Shown: positions 15,885-24,000 of the stretch, piece by piece
Layout of the letters: every line of letters starts with the position of its first letter
Numbering within the stretch: position 1 is the stretch's first letter
Assembly: GCA_030748215.1 (NCBI GenBank)
Contig: JASMMK010000012.1
Location: 159,873-183,872 of the forward strand
Direction: 5' to 3'
DNA length: 24,000 nucleotides
Source: Candidatus Scalindua sp.
GTDB lineage: Bacteria > Planctomycetota > Brocadiia > Brocadiales > Scalinduaceae
The notes under the pieces: generated by a model
What the model was told of the DNA's origin: nothing
Database searches by the model: none
What the model saw: the letters and a program-made list of their open reading frames with translations, nothing else
Translations under genes and position numbers: made by a program

Positions 15885-17624
15885 ATGCTAAATCCCAGAA
15901 TAATTCCAAAAGGTTATAAAATCAGGGCAAACATCTTATGCTTCTGTATTTTTGTTATTTTCTCTGCCCTTCTATACCAACTGGTTCGTATACAGATCAT
16001 TGATCATAAAAAATATAGTGATCTAGCATTTTCACAACAATGCAAAAAACAGGATATTCCTACAAGAAGAGGGCTCATTTTTGATAGAAAAGGATCGAAG
16101 CTGGCAGAATCTATTCAGGTAGGTTCAGTCTTTGCAGATCCCTTATTCATAACGGAAAAGCAGAAGACTTCAAAGGTTTTATCTGATGTGCTGAGTTTAA
16201 ATAAAGCACAAGTCGAAAAGCTGCTAAACAAGAAGAAGAGGTTTGTTTGGATAAAGAGAAGAATATCAGATGAACAAGAAGAGGCATTAAGGCAGTTACG
16301 CCTTAAAGGCATTAGTATAAGACACGAGTACAAGAGGGTCTATCCTTACGATAAATTGTGTTCTCAGGTCCTGGGATTTACTGATATCGATGAAAACGGT
16401 CTGGGAGGCATAGAAAGTTCGCTCAATCAGGTTATTTCAGGAAGTAACGGTTCCAGGGTAGTAGAAAAAGACGGTCGCCAGCATCAGTTTTCTACTGTGA
16501 AAGGAGAGACGGTCTCTGCAGTATACGGCGACAGTGTCTTTTTGACTATCGATTGTAAAATCCAGTCTATAGTAGAGGAAGAGCTTGAGAAAGCATGTTT
16601 GAAGTGGAATCCGGATTCTGGAATTGCGATAGCAATGAACCCCTCTACAGGAGAGGTATTAGCTATGGCTAACTACCCGACATTTAATCCAAATTTTGTT
16701 CGAGATTCCAATTTACAACAGAGACGTAACAGGGCAGTAACGGATTGTTTTGAACCGGGTTCATTGATTAAGCCTTTGATTGTAAGTGGTGCGTTGGATA
16801 ATGGTCTGGTTAAAGAGGATGAAACCTTTTTCTGTTATAACGGTGCCTATAAGATAAATGGTGGAAGAAGGGTCGTAAGAGATTCTCATTCATATGGAGA
16901 TTTAAGTGTATCTGACATCGTCGTTCATTCAAGCAATATAGGAATGGCGCAGCTAGGGCAGAGGCTAAAGAAACAGAGACTGCATAGATATTTGAAGGAT
17001 TTTGCTTTTGGAGAAAAAACAGGAATCCAATTACCCGGTGAGGTTAGAGGCATTGTAAGGCCTCTCAATCTCTGGTCAAGTGATTCAGAGATTTCAGTTT
17101 CCTTCGGGTATGAGACAGCAGTTACTCCGATACAGATGGTAACGGCTTTCTGTTCAATTGCTAATGGCGGAACATTGCTGAAGCCACGAATAATCAGCAA
17201 AATAACAGACTATTCAGGTAAAAGAGTTAAGAAAAGATATGAGACCCCTGAGCGGATCAGGAGGGTATTTTCTCCAAAGATTGCGAGGGAGGTAATGGTT
17301 CCTATTCTTGAGGACGTTGTAAAAGAAGGTACTGGTAAACGGGCAATGCTTTTTACGCACAGGGTTGCTGGTAAAACAGGTACGGCTAAGAAGTTAATAA
17401 TGGTAGGTAATAAAATGAAATATTCTAATAAATATATTGGTTCATTCGTAGGATTTGCGCCTGTGGACGAGCCTAAGATATGTGTTTTGGTGTCTTTAAA
17501 TGAACCCAAAAATGGTGCTTATTACGGAGGTACTGTAGCCGCACCCGCTGTTGGGAATATTATAGAAAGAACTCTTGGTTATATGGAATTTGGTCCGGAA
17601 TATGTGCAGATAGCTCAAAAATAA
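15885..17624 (+). CDS. ftsI: Class B penicillin-binding protein / peptidoglycan D,D-transpeptidase FtsI
   Basis: 579 aa. It has an N-terminal TM anchor and the motifs SLIK (SxxK), SSN (SxN) and KTGT (KTG) in the correct order. Confidence 0.9.
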   Translation: MLNPRIIPKGYKIRANILCFCIFVIFSALLYQLVRIQIIDHKKYSDLAFSQQCKKQDIPTRRGLIFDRKGSKLAESIQVGSVFADPLFITEKQKTSKVLSDVLSLNKAQVEKLLNKKKRFVWIKRRISDEQEEALRQLRLKGISIRHEYKRVYPYDKLCSQVLGFTDIDENGLGGIESSLNQVISGSNGSRVVEKDGRQHQFSTVKGETVSAVYGDSVFLTIDCKIQSIVEEELEKACLKWNPDSGIAIAMNPSTGEVLAMANYPTFNPNFVRDSNLQQRRNRAVTDCFEPGSLIKPLIVSGALDNGLVKEDETFFCYNGAYKINGGRRVVRDSHSYGDLSVSDIVVHSSNIGMAQLGQRLKKQRLHRYLKDFAFGEKTGIQLPGEVRGIVRPLNLWSSDSEISVSFGYETAVTPIQMVTAFCSIANGGTLLKPRIISKITDYSGKRVKKRYETPERIRRVFSPKIAREVMVPILEDVVKEGTGKRAMLFTHRVAGKTGTAKKLIMVGNKMKYSNKYIGSFVGFAPVDEPKICVLVSLNEPKNGAYYGGTVAAPAVGNIIERTLGYMEFGPEYVQIAQK

Positions 17625-17716
17625 TTTAGTGGGGAGAAATTTTATTACTTGTTACGGAGGGAGGTGGTTAATGGTCAAAAATGCTGGAAGGTAGGTACAT
17701 CAGTGGGTGATGTATT

Positions 17717-17761
17717 GATACCCTATACTGCCTCAATTTTTTGGGGTCAGTGTAGGGTATC
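17717..17761 (+). other. Long stem-loop between ftsI and the downstream dcw genes (possible terminator/attenuator or processing site)
   Basis: GATACCCTATACTG (17717-17730) pairs with CAGTGTAGGGTATC (17748-17761): 14 bp with one G-U. CCTC/GGGG pairing in the loop could extend the stem. It is followed by a moderately T-rich GTATTTAATTTCT. Confidence 0.35.
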
Positions 17762-17797
17762 GTATTTAATTTCTAAATCATTTTAAAGGGAGAGTCT

Positions 17798-18028
17798 ATG
17801 ACGCTAAAGGAATTGGAAAAACATAATTTTCTTACCTGGTGTAAATATGCTGATGCAAAAGAACTTGAAGATGCTAAATGGAAGAATCATGAGGTATGGG
17901 AAAGATTGTATAGTGAATATTCAGATGAAATAGAAGTAATAAACAAAACAAAGCAAGTGTACGAATCTGTTTCTCAACATGAAATAGGCATACAGAAATT
18001 TGACCTCTCTTTAAAAATTTCAACATAG
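17798..18028 (+). CDS. Hypothetical small acidic protein embedded in the dcw cluster
   Basis: 76 aa, with a good SD (AAGGGAGAG, then 3 nt, then ATG). It looks predicted-helical, has no TM segment, and resembles no family I recognise. It ends 16 nt before murE. Confidence 0.45.
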   Translation: MTLKELEKHNFLTWCKYADAKELEDAKWKNHEVWERLYSEYSDEIEVINKTKQVYESVSQHEIGIQKFDLSLKIST

Positions 18029-18044
18029 TGATTATGGTTTTTTA

Positions 18045-19499
18045 ATGAAATTAAGTACGTTGGTTCACCATTTGGGAACAATGGGGACATACAACCTGTG
18101 TGATACTGAGATTACAGGTATTACCAATGATTCAAGAAAGGTAAGACCCGGTTATCTCTATGTTGCAATAAAGGGTTATAAGACGGACGGGCATAATTTC
18201 ATTAAAAGATCTATTGAATGTGGTGCACAAGCAATCGTTAGTGAGGAACGGTCTTCTCTAGATACAAATATTCCTCAAATAATTGTACATAACACTAGAA
18301 AAGCACTTTCCTCCTTGAGTTGTTGCTTTTATAACAACCCATCTCAAAGAATTAATCTTGTTGGTGTAACTGGCACAAATGGCAAAACGACTACTACGTT
18401 TCTAATCAAATCGGTAATTGAAAAAGCAGGATATGAGACGGGGTTAATCGGTACGATTAATTATCAAATAGGAAAAAAAGTTGTAACTGCAAAGGAAACA
18501 ACCCCTGAATCTGTTGAGCTTCAGCAGTTCATCGCAGAAATGGTAGCGGCAAAGATGAAATTTGCAGTTATGGAAGTATCTTCTCACTCAGCTATACAGC
18601 ACAGGATTGAGAATATTGATTTTAAGACTGCTGTTTTTACCAATATAACCACTGAACACATGGATTATCATAAAACATTTTCAAATTATATGGATGCGAA
18701 GGCAGAGTTATTCAAGAATTTAAAAAAAGATTCTTTTGCAGTATTAAATGCGGATGACGAGTTTAGTGAATATTTTGCCGATAGAACTAATGCTAAGATC
18801 CTATGGTATGGAATAAAGAATGATGCTGATATAAAAGCTGAGATATGTAAAGAGTCCGCAAGTAATATTACGATCAGGTTAAGTTATTCGGGGAGAGAAA
18901 TAGATGTGAAAATACCATTTGTGGGTTTGCACAATGTTTACAATGCACTTGCATCCGTTGCCAGTGCAATCTCACTTGGATTTGAGCTTGATGTTATAAA
19001 AGCTGGTATAGAAACGGCATCTACTGTACCGGGAAGATTGGAAAATATACCTTGTGATCGCGGCTTTAAAGTTGTTGTTGACTACGCTCATACGCCTCAT
19101 GCTCTTGAAACGGTACTATGCGCACTAAAAAATCTGGTTAAAGGAAGGATACTACTTGTTTTTGGTTGTGGAGGTGATAGAGATAAAGAAAAGCGTCCGC
19201 AGATGGGAAGAATTGCTGACGAAAAATCTGATATTTTTTGGCTGACAAATGATAATCCGCGTTCAGAGGATTCTTTGAATATTATAGATGATATAAAAGT
19301 GGGAATAAAGCCGGGGCGATCGTTTCATATTCAGGCAAACAGATATAAAGCAATAGAGGAAGCTCTTTCTGTGGCAAAAGATGATGATCTTATTCTTATT
19401 GCTGGAAAGGGACATGAAAGATATCAAATAGTCAAAGATACCATAGTTCCATTTGATGACAGGGAGGTAGTTAAAAAGATACTTTTGAAAAGACAGTGA
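18045..19499 (+). CDS. murE: UDP-N-acetylmuramoyl-L-alanyl-D-glutamate--2,6-diaminopimelate ligase
   Basis: 484 aa. Motifs are GVTGTNGKTTT (P-loop) and TNDNPRSED, which contains the DNPR motif associated with meso-DAP specificity. Confidence 0.95.
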   Translation: MKLSTLVHHLGTMGTYNLCDTEITGITNDSRKVRPGYLYVAIKGYKTDGHNFIKRSIECGAQAIVSEERSSLDTNIPQIIVHNTRKALSSLSCCFYNNPSQRINLVGVTGTNGKTTTTFLIKSVIEKAGYETGLIGTINYQIGKKVVTAKETTPESVELQQFIAEMVAAKMKFAVMEVSSHSAIQHRIENIDFKTAVFTNITTEHMDYHKTFSNYMDAKAELFKNLKKDSFAVLNADDEFSEYFADRTNAKILWYGIKNDADIKAEICKESASNITIRLSYSGREIDVKIPFVGLHNVYNALASVASAISLGFELDVIKAGIETASTVPGRLENIPCDRGFKVVVDYAHTPHALETVLCALKNLVKGRILLVFGCGGDRDKEKRPQMGRIADEKSDIFWLTNDNPRSEDSLNIIDDIKVGIKPGRSFHIQANRYKAIEEALSVAKDDDLILIAGKGHERYQIVKDTIVPFDDREVVKKILLKRQ

Positions 19500-19588
19500 T
19501 GAACAAGTTACATAAATAAAGATTGGGTATAAATGTTGTATTCTGATCCTTTAGCCTTTTTTAATATTTTTATTTGAAAGGTAAGCAA

Positions 19589-20605
19589 ATGATGACAAAA
19601 GGGTTGAAAACAATTATTAATCTGAATTGCATTTTCATAATGTTAAGCTTGTTTGACCTATCATATGCGATTGGCAATGACCAGCCAGAAAGAATTAGCC
19701 GGGGTAACAAATCCATACTGGAGGGAATAACTTATACTGCCGAATATTCTCATGCAGATAGTTTTTCAAAACCTGCATACAAGCCAGTGCCAGATGAGTG
19801 TTCATACCTTGATAGTAATGGAAAGTTGCGTGACAATTTCATGTATAAGAATTGGTGCGAAGTAATGTTCGAAAATGGGAAATATATATATGAAGCATAC
19901 AAGGATATCGCTTTCAATATGGAATACACTCCGGAACAACCCAGGACAGATGTCTGGCAGACTCCATATGAAACCAGGAAATCAAAAGAAGGTGATTGTG
20001 AGGATGCAGTCTTTCTCTTTGAATCACATCTGGCCTCAATGCAGAAAAACACAAGAATTGTCTGGGGGTGGGTAATCGACAAAAGTAGTAAAATCGCCAG
20101 GGCTCATGTGTGGTCTCAGCTGACAGGTAGGGCCGGGGAGCAATATGTTGTAGAGGGTTTCTATAAAGATTGGGATGGAATAATACCGCTAGAAATTGTT
20201 GAAAAAACCGAATTGAGAAGGCCTATATTTACTATTACACACTCAGAATTTTGTAGATTATCCAGTCTGGTGTCCAAGCCTGATAGTTGGCAGATATATC
20301 AATCGTTAATTGATCTATGTACGTCAGCAAACTTCATAGAATTTTATTCCAGGAATTTGAATATTTTGCAAGGTGTGGATTCATATTTCGATCCGGATTA
20401 CGGTTTCATTGAATATCTCCTGGATGCACAGAAGAAGTCATATAAAGAGACGATATCTCATAGACACTCAACCAGGGTAAACAGGCTTCCTTCTATGGAT
20501 AAAGAAATATCCAGTATTTTAAAAAAACTTTATGAGCTCTTTACTAGATATGAAAAACAGAAGGAAGATTCTGAATCAAGCATGCAATTCGCTTTTGGAA
20601 GTTAG
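19589..20605 (+). CDS. Secreted transglutaminase-like cysteine peptidase (BTLCP/LapG-like core) with an uncharacterised C-terminal half
   Basis: The signal peptide is MMTKGLKTIINLNCIFIMLSLFDLSYA|IG. The core is DVWQTPYETRKSKEGDCEDAVFLFESHL...ARAHVWSQL...QYVVEG, with candidate Cys codon 19997-19999 and His codon 20105-20107. This matches the W..P.E......GDCEDyA ... HaV ... vLDn pattern I recall for bacterial transglutaminase-like cysteine proteinases. The track start (TTG 19574) is replaced by ATG 19589. Confidence 0.6.
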   Translation: MMTKGLKTIINLNCIFIMLSLFDLSYAIGNDQPERISRGNKSILEGITYTAEYSHADSFSKPAYKPVPDECSYLDSNGKLRDNFMYKNWCEVMFENGKYIYEAYKDIAFNMEYTPEQPRTDVWQTPYETRKSKEGDCEDAVFLFESHLASMQKNTRIVWGWVIDKSSKIARAHVWSQLTGRAGEQYVVEGFYKDWDGIIPLEIVEKTELRRPIFTITHSEFCRLSSLVSKPDSWQIYQSLIDLCTSANFIEFYSRNLNILQGVDSYFDPDYGFIEYLLDAQKKSYKETISHRHSTRVNRLPSMDKEISSILKKLYELFTRYEKQKEDSESSMQFAFGS

Positions 20606-20652
20606 AACAACATTAACTCTAAAAATAACCTGAATCGCAAGAGATAAAAAAA

Positions 20653-22083
20653 ATGAATAATATAGAAATTTCTAATGTCTTAAAGGCAATTAAAGGGGAG
20701 TTATTACTTGGTAGCTCGGAATCACGTATTACGGGAATATCTACAGACTCAAGATCTATAAAAGAGGGGGAGCTGTTCTTTGCTCTGGAGGGTGAAAATT
20801 TTAATGGCCATAAATTTGTTGATCAGGCTATTTCAAATGGTGCTGTCGGAGCGGTAATATCAAGTGAGAAAGATAACGTTTATTCATCGCTCAAGGGATT
20901 TGAGAAATGCATCTTAATAGAAGCGGCTGATACATTAAAAGCTCTGGGTGACCTTGCAAAGTTTTATCGTAAAAGTTTGAGAACTGATTTTGTTGCAGTG
21001 ACAGGCAGCAATGGCAAAACAACTACTAAAGACATAATTTATCATGTCCTTCGAAATTTTAATAACGTAACCAGATCGAGAAAGAGTTTTAATAATTATA
21101 TCGGAGTGCCGTTAACAATCTTCGACTCGGATTTCACTCAGGATTTCTGTGTTGTAGAAATGGGTACTAATGCCCCCGGGGAGATTAGAAGGTTATCTGA
21201 AATTATATTTCCTGACTTCACAGTTCTAACCAACATATCCTGCACACATCTTGAAGGTCTCGGTAGTATTGAAGGTGTTGCAGATGCGAAAGCAGAACTC
21301 ATCGAAAATATAGCAGAAGATGGTGTTTTGGTCACGAATGCTGATGACGAATGGTGTAATCGGATTGCAAGCCGTTTTGACGGAAAGGTTATAACTTTTG
21401 GTTTTAACAAAGGTGCTGATATAAGGGCATCAAACGTTAAACGAAGTGATTCAGGTTTCGCTTTTACTGTAAACGACGTTTTCGATTTCAGACTAAATGT
21501 ATTAGGCAAGCATAATATCTATAATGCAATGGCTGCTATAGCAGTCTGTAATGCAGCGGGTATTGGCATGGGAGATATATGTGGCAAACTCGTTGATTTT
21601 AAGCTTCCACCTATGCGGATGGAGAAACAGGCTTGCGGTGACATAGTAGTAATAAACGACGGATATAATTCAAATCCCTCTTCAATGTCTGCCGCATTAG
21701 ATGAATTTTCACAATTGACTACTCCTGGCAGGAAGATTCTCGTATGCGGGGATATGCTGGAGTTGGGAGATTATACGGAAAGCCTGCATAGAGAAATTGG
21801 TGCAAAGGTTGCCCAGTCTGGTATCGATATCTTGTGGACAGTAGGTGCTTTTTCCAGGTTTGTAGCAGAAGAAGCCATTGCCAATGGTATTCCGGAAGAG
21901 AGAACTAGGAGCTGTGAAACCTCGGAAGAGATATCTTCTTTCGTTGCCTCACAATTAAAGAAAGATGATACCGTTCTGATAAAAGGATCAAGAGGAATGA
22001 AACTTGAGAATGTTGTGCATCAGATTGAGAATTGTTTCTCAAGGAAAGACGAAAACAATTCTGCAATGCTGAGCCTGGTTTGA
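20653..22083 (+). CDS. murF: UDP-N-acetylmuramoyl-tripeptide--D-alanyl-D-alanine ligase
   Basis: 476 aa. Motifs are LEGENFNGHKFV, AVTGSNGKTTTKD and NDGYNSNPSSM. Confidence 0.9.
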   Translation: MNNIEISNVLKAIKGELLLGSSESRITGISTDSRSIKEGELFFALEGENFNGHKFVDQAISNGAVGAVISSEKDNVYSSLKGFEKCILIEAADTLKALGDLAKFYRKSLRTDFVAVTGSNGKTTTKDIIYHVLRNFNNVTRSRKSFNNYIGVPLTIFDSDFTQDFCVVEMGTNAPGEIRRLSEIIFPDFTVLTNISCTHLEGLGSIEGVADAKAELIENIAEDGVLVTNADDEWCNRIASRFDGKVITFGFNKGADIRASNVKRSDSGFAFTVNDVFDFRLNVLGKHNIYNAMAAIAVCNAAGIGMGDICGKLVDFKLPPMRMEKQACGDIVVINDGYNSNPSSMSAALDEFSQLTTPGRKILVCGDMLELGDYTESLHREIGAKVAQSGIDILWTVGAFSRFVAEEAIANGIPEERTRSCETSEEISSFVASQLKKDDTVLIKGSRGMKLENVVHQIENCFSRKDENNSAMLSLV

Positions 22084-22141
22084 ATCTACAAAATTTCCGG
22101 GCAGGTCTTTACAGAGTTATTAGTAGCTATGGAGAAAAAAA

Positions 22142-23236
22142 TTGTTTTATAAATTGATTTATCCTCTACATGAATATGTTCAGGGGCTTGAGCTGATAAG
22201 ATATATATCATTTAGGGCAGGCCTGGCTGCTATTACAGCTTTTTTTATATGCGTACTTGTGGGATCAAAAGTAATAAAGGTACTTAAAAAACGTAATGTT
22301 TCGGAGGATACTTCTAAAACAGAATCGGAAACTCTAAAAGATCTTCACAGTGATAAAAAAAATGTACCTACAATGGGCGGTATTATCATTTTAATTGCAA
22401 TAATTATCTCTACCGTACTTTGGTGTGATATTTTTAATATATACATTTTATTAGTTTTGTTTACGGCTGTCTGGCTTGGCATACTAGGATTTTTTGATGA
22501 TTACATAAAACTGACGCAAAAGCACGCATCGGGTTTAACCAGTGGGTCAAAGCTTTTTTTCCAATGCGGACTGGGATTGATAATAGGCTTAATACTGTAC
22601 TTTCATTTCAAGGATATTGAAGGAGGAACAAGGCTTGTAATACCATTCCTCAAAGGAGTGAGACCAGACCTTGGAGCATTTTATGTGTTGATGGTAATGT
22701 TCTTCATTGTAGGAATGTCAAATGCCGTCAATCTTACTGACGGTCTTGACGGGCTGTCTATTGGCTGTACGGTGATTGCGGGTATGGCATTTACGTTAAT
22801 TGCTTACATTGTAGGAAGGGTTGACTTTAGCAGCTACTTACAAGTTCCTTATGTAGCAGGTGCCGGCGAATTAAGTATTTTCTGCTCTGCATTGGTGGGT
22901 GCCGGGCTGGGGTTTATGTGGTTTAATTGCTTCCCCGCGCAGACATTTATGGGAGATGTGGGCTCATTACCATTGGGTGGCATACTTGGAATTGTAGCTA
23001 TTATTGTAAAACAGGAACTTCTTATTTTCTTTATAGGAAGTATCTTTATTGTAGAAGCCGTTTCCGTTTTATTACAGGTTTGTGTATTTAAATTCACACG
23101 TAAGAGGTTGTTTTTGTGTGCGCCCATACACCATCACTTTCAATTTAAAGGTTGGCCGGAGACCAAGGTTACGATGAGATTTTTTATAATTGCCGCAATA
23201 ATGGCACTCTTTAGTTTGATAACACTGAAATTATGA
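22142..23236 (+). CDS. mraY: Phospho-N-acetylmuramoyl-pentapeptide transferase
   Basis: 364 aa, polytopic, with a TTG start preceded by GGAGA. Motifs are PTMGGI, DDYIKL, NAVNLTDGLDGL, MGDVGSLPLGG and APIHHHF. Confidence 0.95.
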   Translation: MFYKLIYPLHEYVQGLELIRYISFRAGLAAITAFFICVLVGSKVIKVLKKRNVSEDTSKTESETLKDLHSDKKNVPTMGGIIILIAIIISTVLWCDIFNIYILLVLFTAVWLGILGFFDDYIKLTQKHASGLTSGSKLFFQCGLGLIIGLILYFHFKDIEGGTRLVIPFLKGVRPDLGAFYVLMVMFFIVGMSNAVNLTDGLDGLSIGCTVIAGMAFTLIAYIVGRVDFSSYLQVPYVAGAGELSIFCSALVGAGLGFMWFNCFPAQTFMGDVGSLPLGGILGIVAIIVKQELLIFFIGSIFIVEAVSVLLQVCVFKFTRKRLFLCAPIHHHFQFKGWPETKVTMRFFIIAAIMALFSLITLKL

Positions 23237-24000
23237 ATGTATTTAGAAGTGAACATGCATATGGAAAAGAAGTGCAATCTGATCAAAATGCAGGTAGCAG
23301 CTTTGCCGTTATACGTAGTTTAGAGCCGACAAATGTCATAATGTATCTTGTTACGACCTTCCTCGTAATCGGAATAATTATGATTTACAGTACAAGCTCT
23401 GCGAAAGTAACCGATAGCACCCAAACAATGAACACTGTTTTCTTAAGGCATATTATGTGGGTCGCCATTGCAATAATAGGCATGTTGATCATGATGAGAA
23501 TTGACTATCACTATCTGCAAAAATATAGTACTGTAATATTCATAATTGCGCTTGCCGGTCTGATTGTTGTGCTTATTCCGGATATAGGAACAGTTACTTA
23601 TGGTGCTCGACGGTGGATAAGATTCGGAAGCTATTTTGGATATCAACCATCAGAATTTGCGAAACTTGCAATGATTATTTTCATGTCAGGCTATATTGCA
23701 AAGAACCGGGAAAAGATGTCGACTTTTGCAAGAGGTTTTGTTGTCCCTATTGTATTAATAGGTGTTGTCTCCTTGCTTATACTTAAAGAGCCTGATTTTG
23801 GTACAGCCATGTTTATCTCAATGATCTCATTTGTTTTGATAATGGTTGGAGGCACCAGAATAATTTATGTGATGTTTACAATGATCGCATCAATTCCTCA
23901 TATTTATCAAATTATGCACAATAATACAACATATCGTCACAATAGAATACTGGCATTTCTTGATCCCTGGAAAGATCCTATGGGGATTGGGTATCAAATA
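23233..24000 (+). CDS. ftsW: SEDS-family peptidoglycan glycosyltransferase FtsW (N-terminal 256 codons; continues past the window)
   Basis: Manual translation from ATG 23233 (ATGA overlap with the mraY stop) is open to the window end. It contains RWIRFGSYFGYQPSEFAKLAMIIF, KEPDFGTAMF and RILAFLDPWKDPMGIGYQI. It is not in the ORF track because no stop lies in the window. Minus-strand ORF 23443-23646 is its antisense shadow. Confidence 0.85.
   Translation, partial: MNVFRSEHAYGKEVQSDQNAGSSFAVIRSLEPTNVIMYLVTTFLVIGIIMIYSTSSAKVTDSTQTMNTVFLRHIMWVAIAIIGMLIMMRIDYHYLQKYSTVIFIIALAGLIVVLIPDIGTVTYGARRWIRFGSYFGYQPSEFAKLAMIIFMSGYIAKNREKMSTFARGFVVPIVLIGVVSLLILKEPDFGTAMFISMISFVLIMVGGTRIIYVMFTMIASIPHIYQIMHNNTTYRHNRILAFLDPWKDPMGIGYQI

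Noticed and set aside
582-23646. Many 60-175 aa ORFs in the track lie opposite or overlap the genes called above. They are 582-791, 1059-1583, 1571-1774, 1883-2098, 2220-2465, 3632-3889, 3658-3855, 4727-4912, 5291-5512, 6170-6361, 7239-7466, 7598-7843, 9370-9597, 9795-9980, 10643-10951, 13464-13733, 14426-14701, 14960-15217, 15157-15366, 16115-16333, 16925-17200, 17210-17509, 19750-20082, 19875-20075, 21138-21509, 22849-23127 and 23443-23646.
   Set aside because: Each is antisense to, or out of frame within, a gene with clear family motifs. Their products are low-complexity Ser/Leu/Phe/Ile-rich strings typical of shadow ORFs in AT-rich DNA, and none has a recognisable domain or convincing RBS.
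1-24000. Mobile elements, prophage, defence islands, and tRNA/rRNA genes.
   Set aside because: I saw no integrase, transposase or recombinase motifs, no terminal inverted repeats flanking a block, no tRNA T-arm consensus (GGTTCGAATCC-like) in any intergenic region, and no abrupt compositional island. The gene content is core metabolism, envelope and RNA turnover.

Overview
AT-rich, densely coding bacterial chromosomal window, mostly housekeeping. I cannot assign a taxon from the sequence. A Gram-negative-type, possibly PVC/Planctomycetota-like organism is only a guess. Left third, minus strand: a regulatory (nitrogen-type) PTS module of hpf, ptsN and an HPr::Enzyme I fusion that runs off the left edge and is missing from the ORF track. 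This is followed by a comF-family gene broken by a 1-nt homopolymer frameshift, a TPR lipoprotein, and an RNA-decay neighbourhood (RNase R, a YlbF/YheA-family protein, a YhaM-like OB+HD exoribonuclease). Middle: a DUF123/GIY-YIG protein, a GT2 glycosyltransferase, plsC, a membrane Zn-ribbon protein and yqeY. Then comes about 1 kb with no credible gene but a GC-richer, hairpin-rich core. After it lie a strongly promoted Lys/Ala/Pro-repeat histone-H1-like gene built from near-perfect 36-nt tandem repeats, a small CxxC thioredoxin-fold gene, and queA. Right 10 kb: a dcw cluster, mraZ-rsmH-ftsL(like)-ftsI-[76 aa orphan]-murE-[secreted transglutaminase-like cysteine peptidase]-murF-mraY-ftsW (partial, also missing from the ORF track). 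It is preceded by a promoter carrying TGG(T/G)N pentamers phased exactly every 10 bp, which are candidate MraZ boxes. By eye I found no rRNA, tRNA, CRISPR array, transposase or integrase. The most unusual items are the two lineage-specific genes embedded in the dcw cluster and the unexplained 1 kb non-coding block. Nothing here is an obvious defence or mobile system, and all functional calls rest on motif recognition without database searches.
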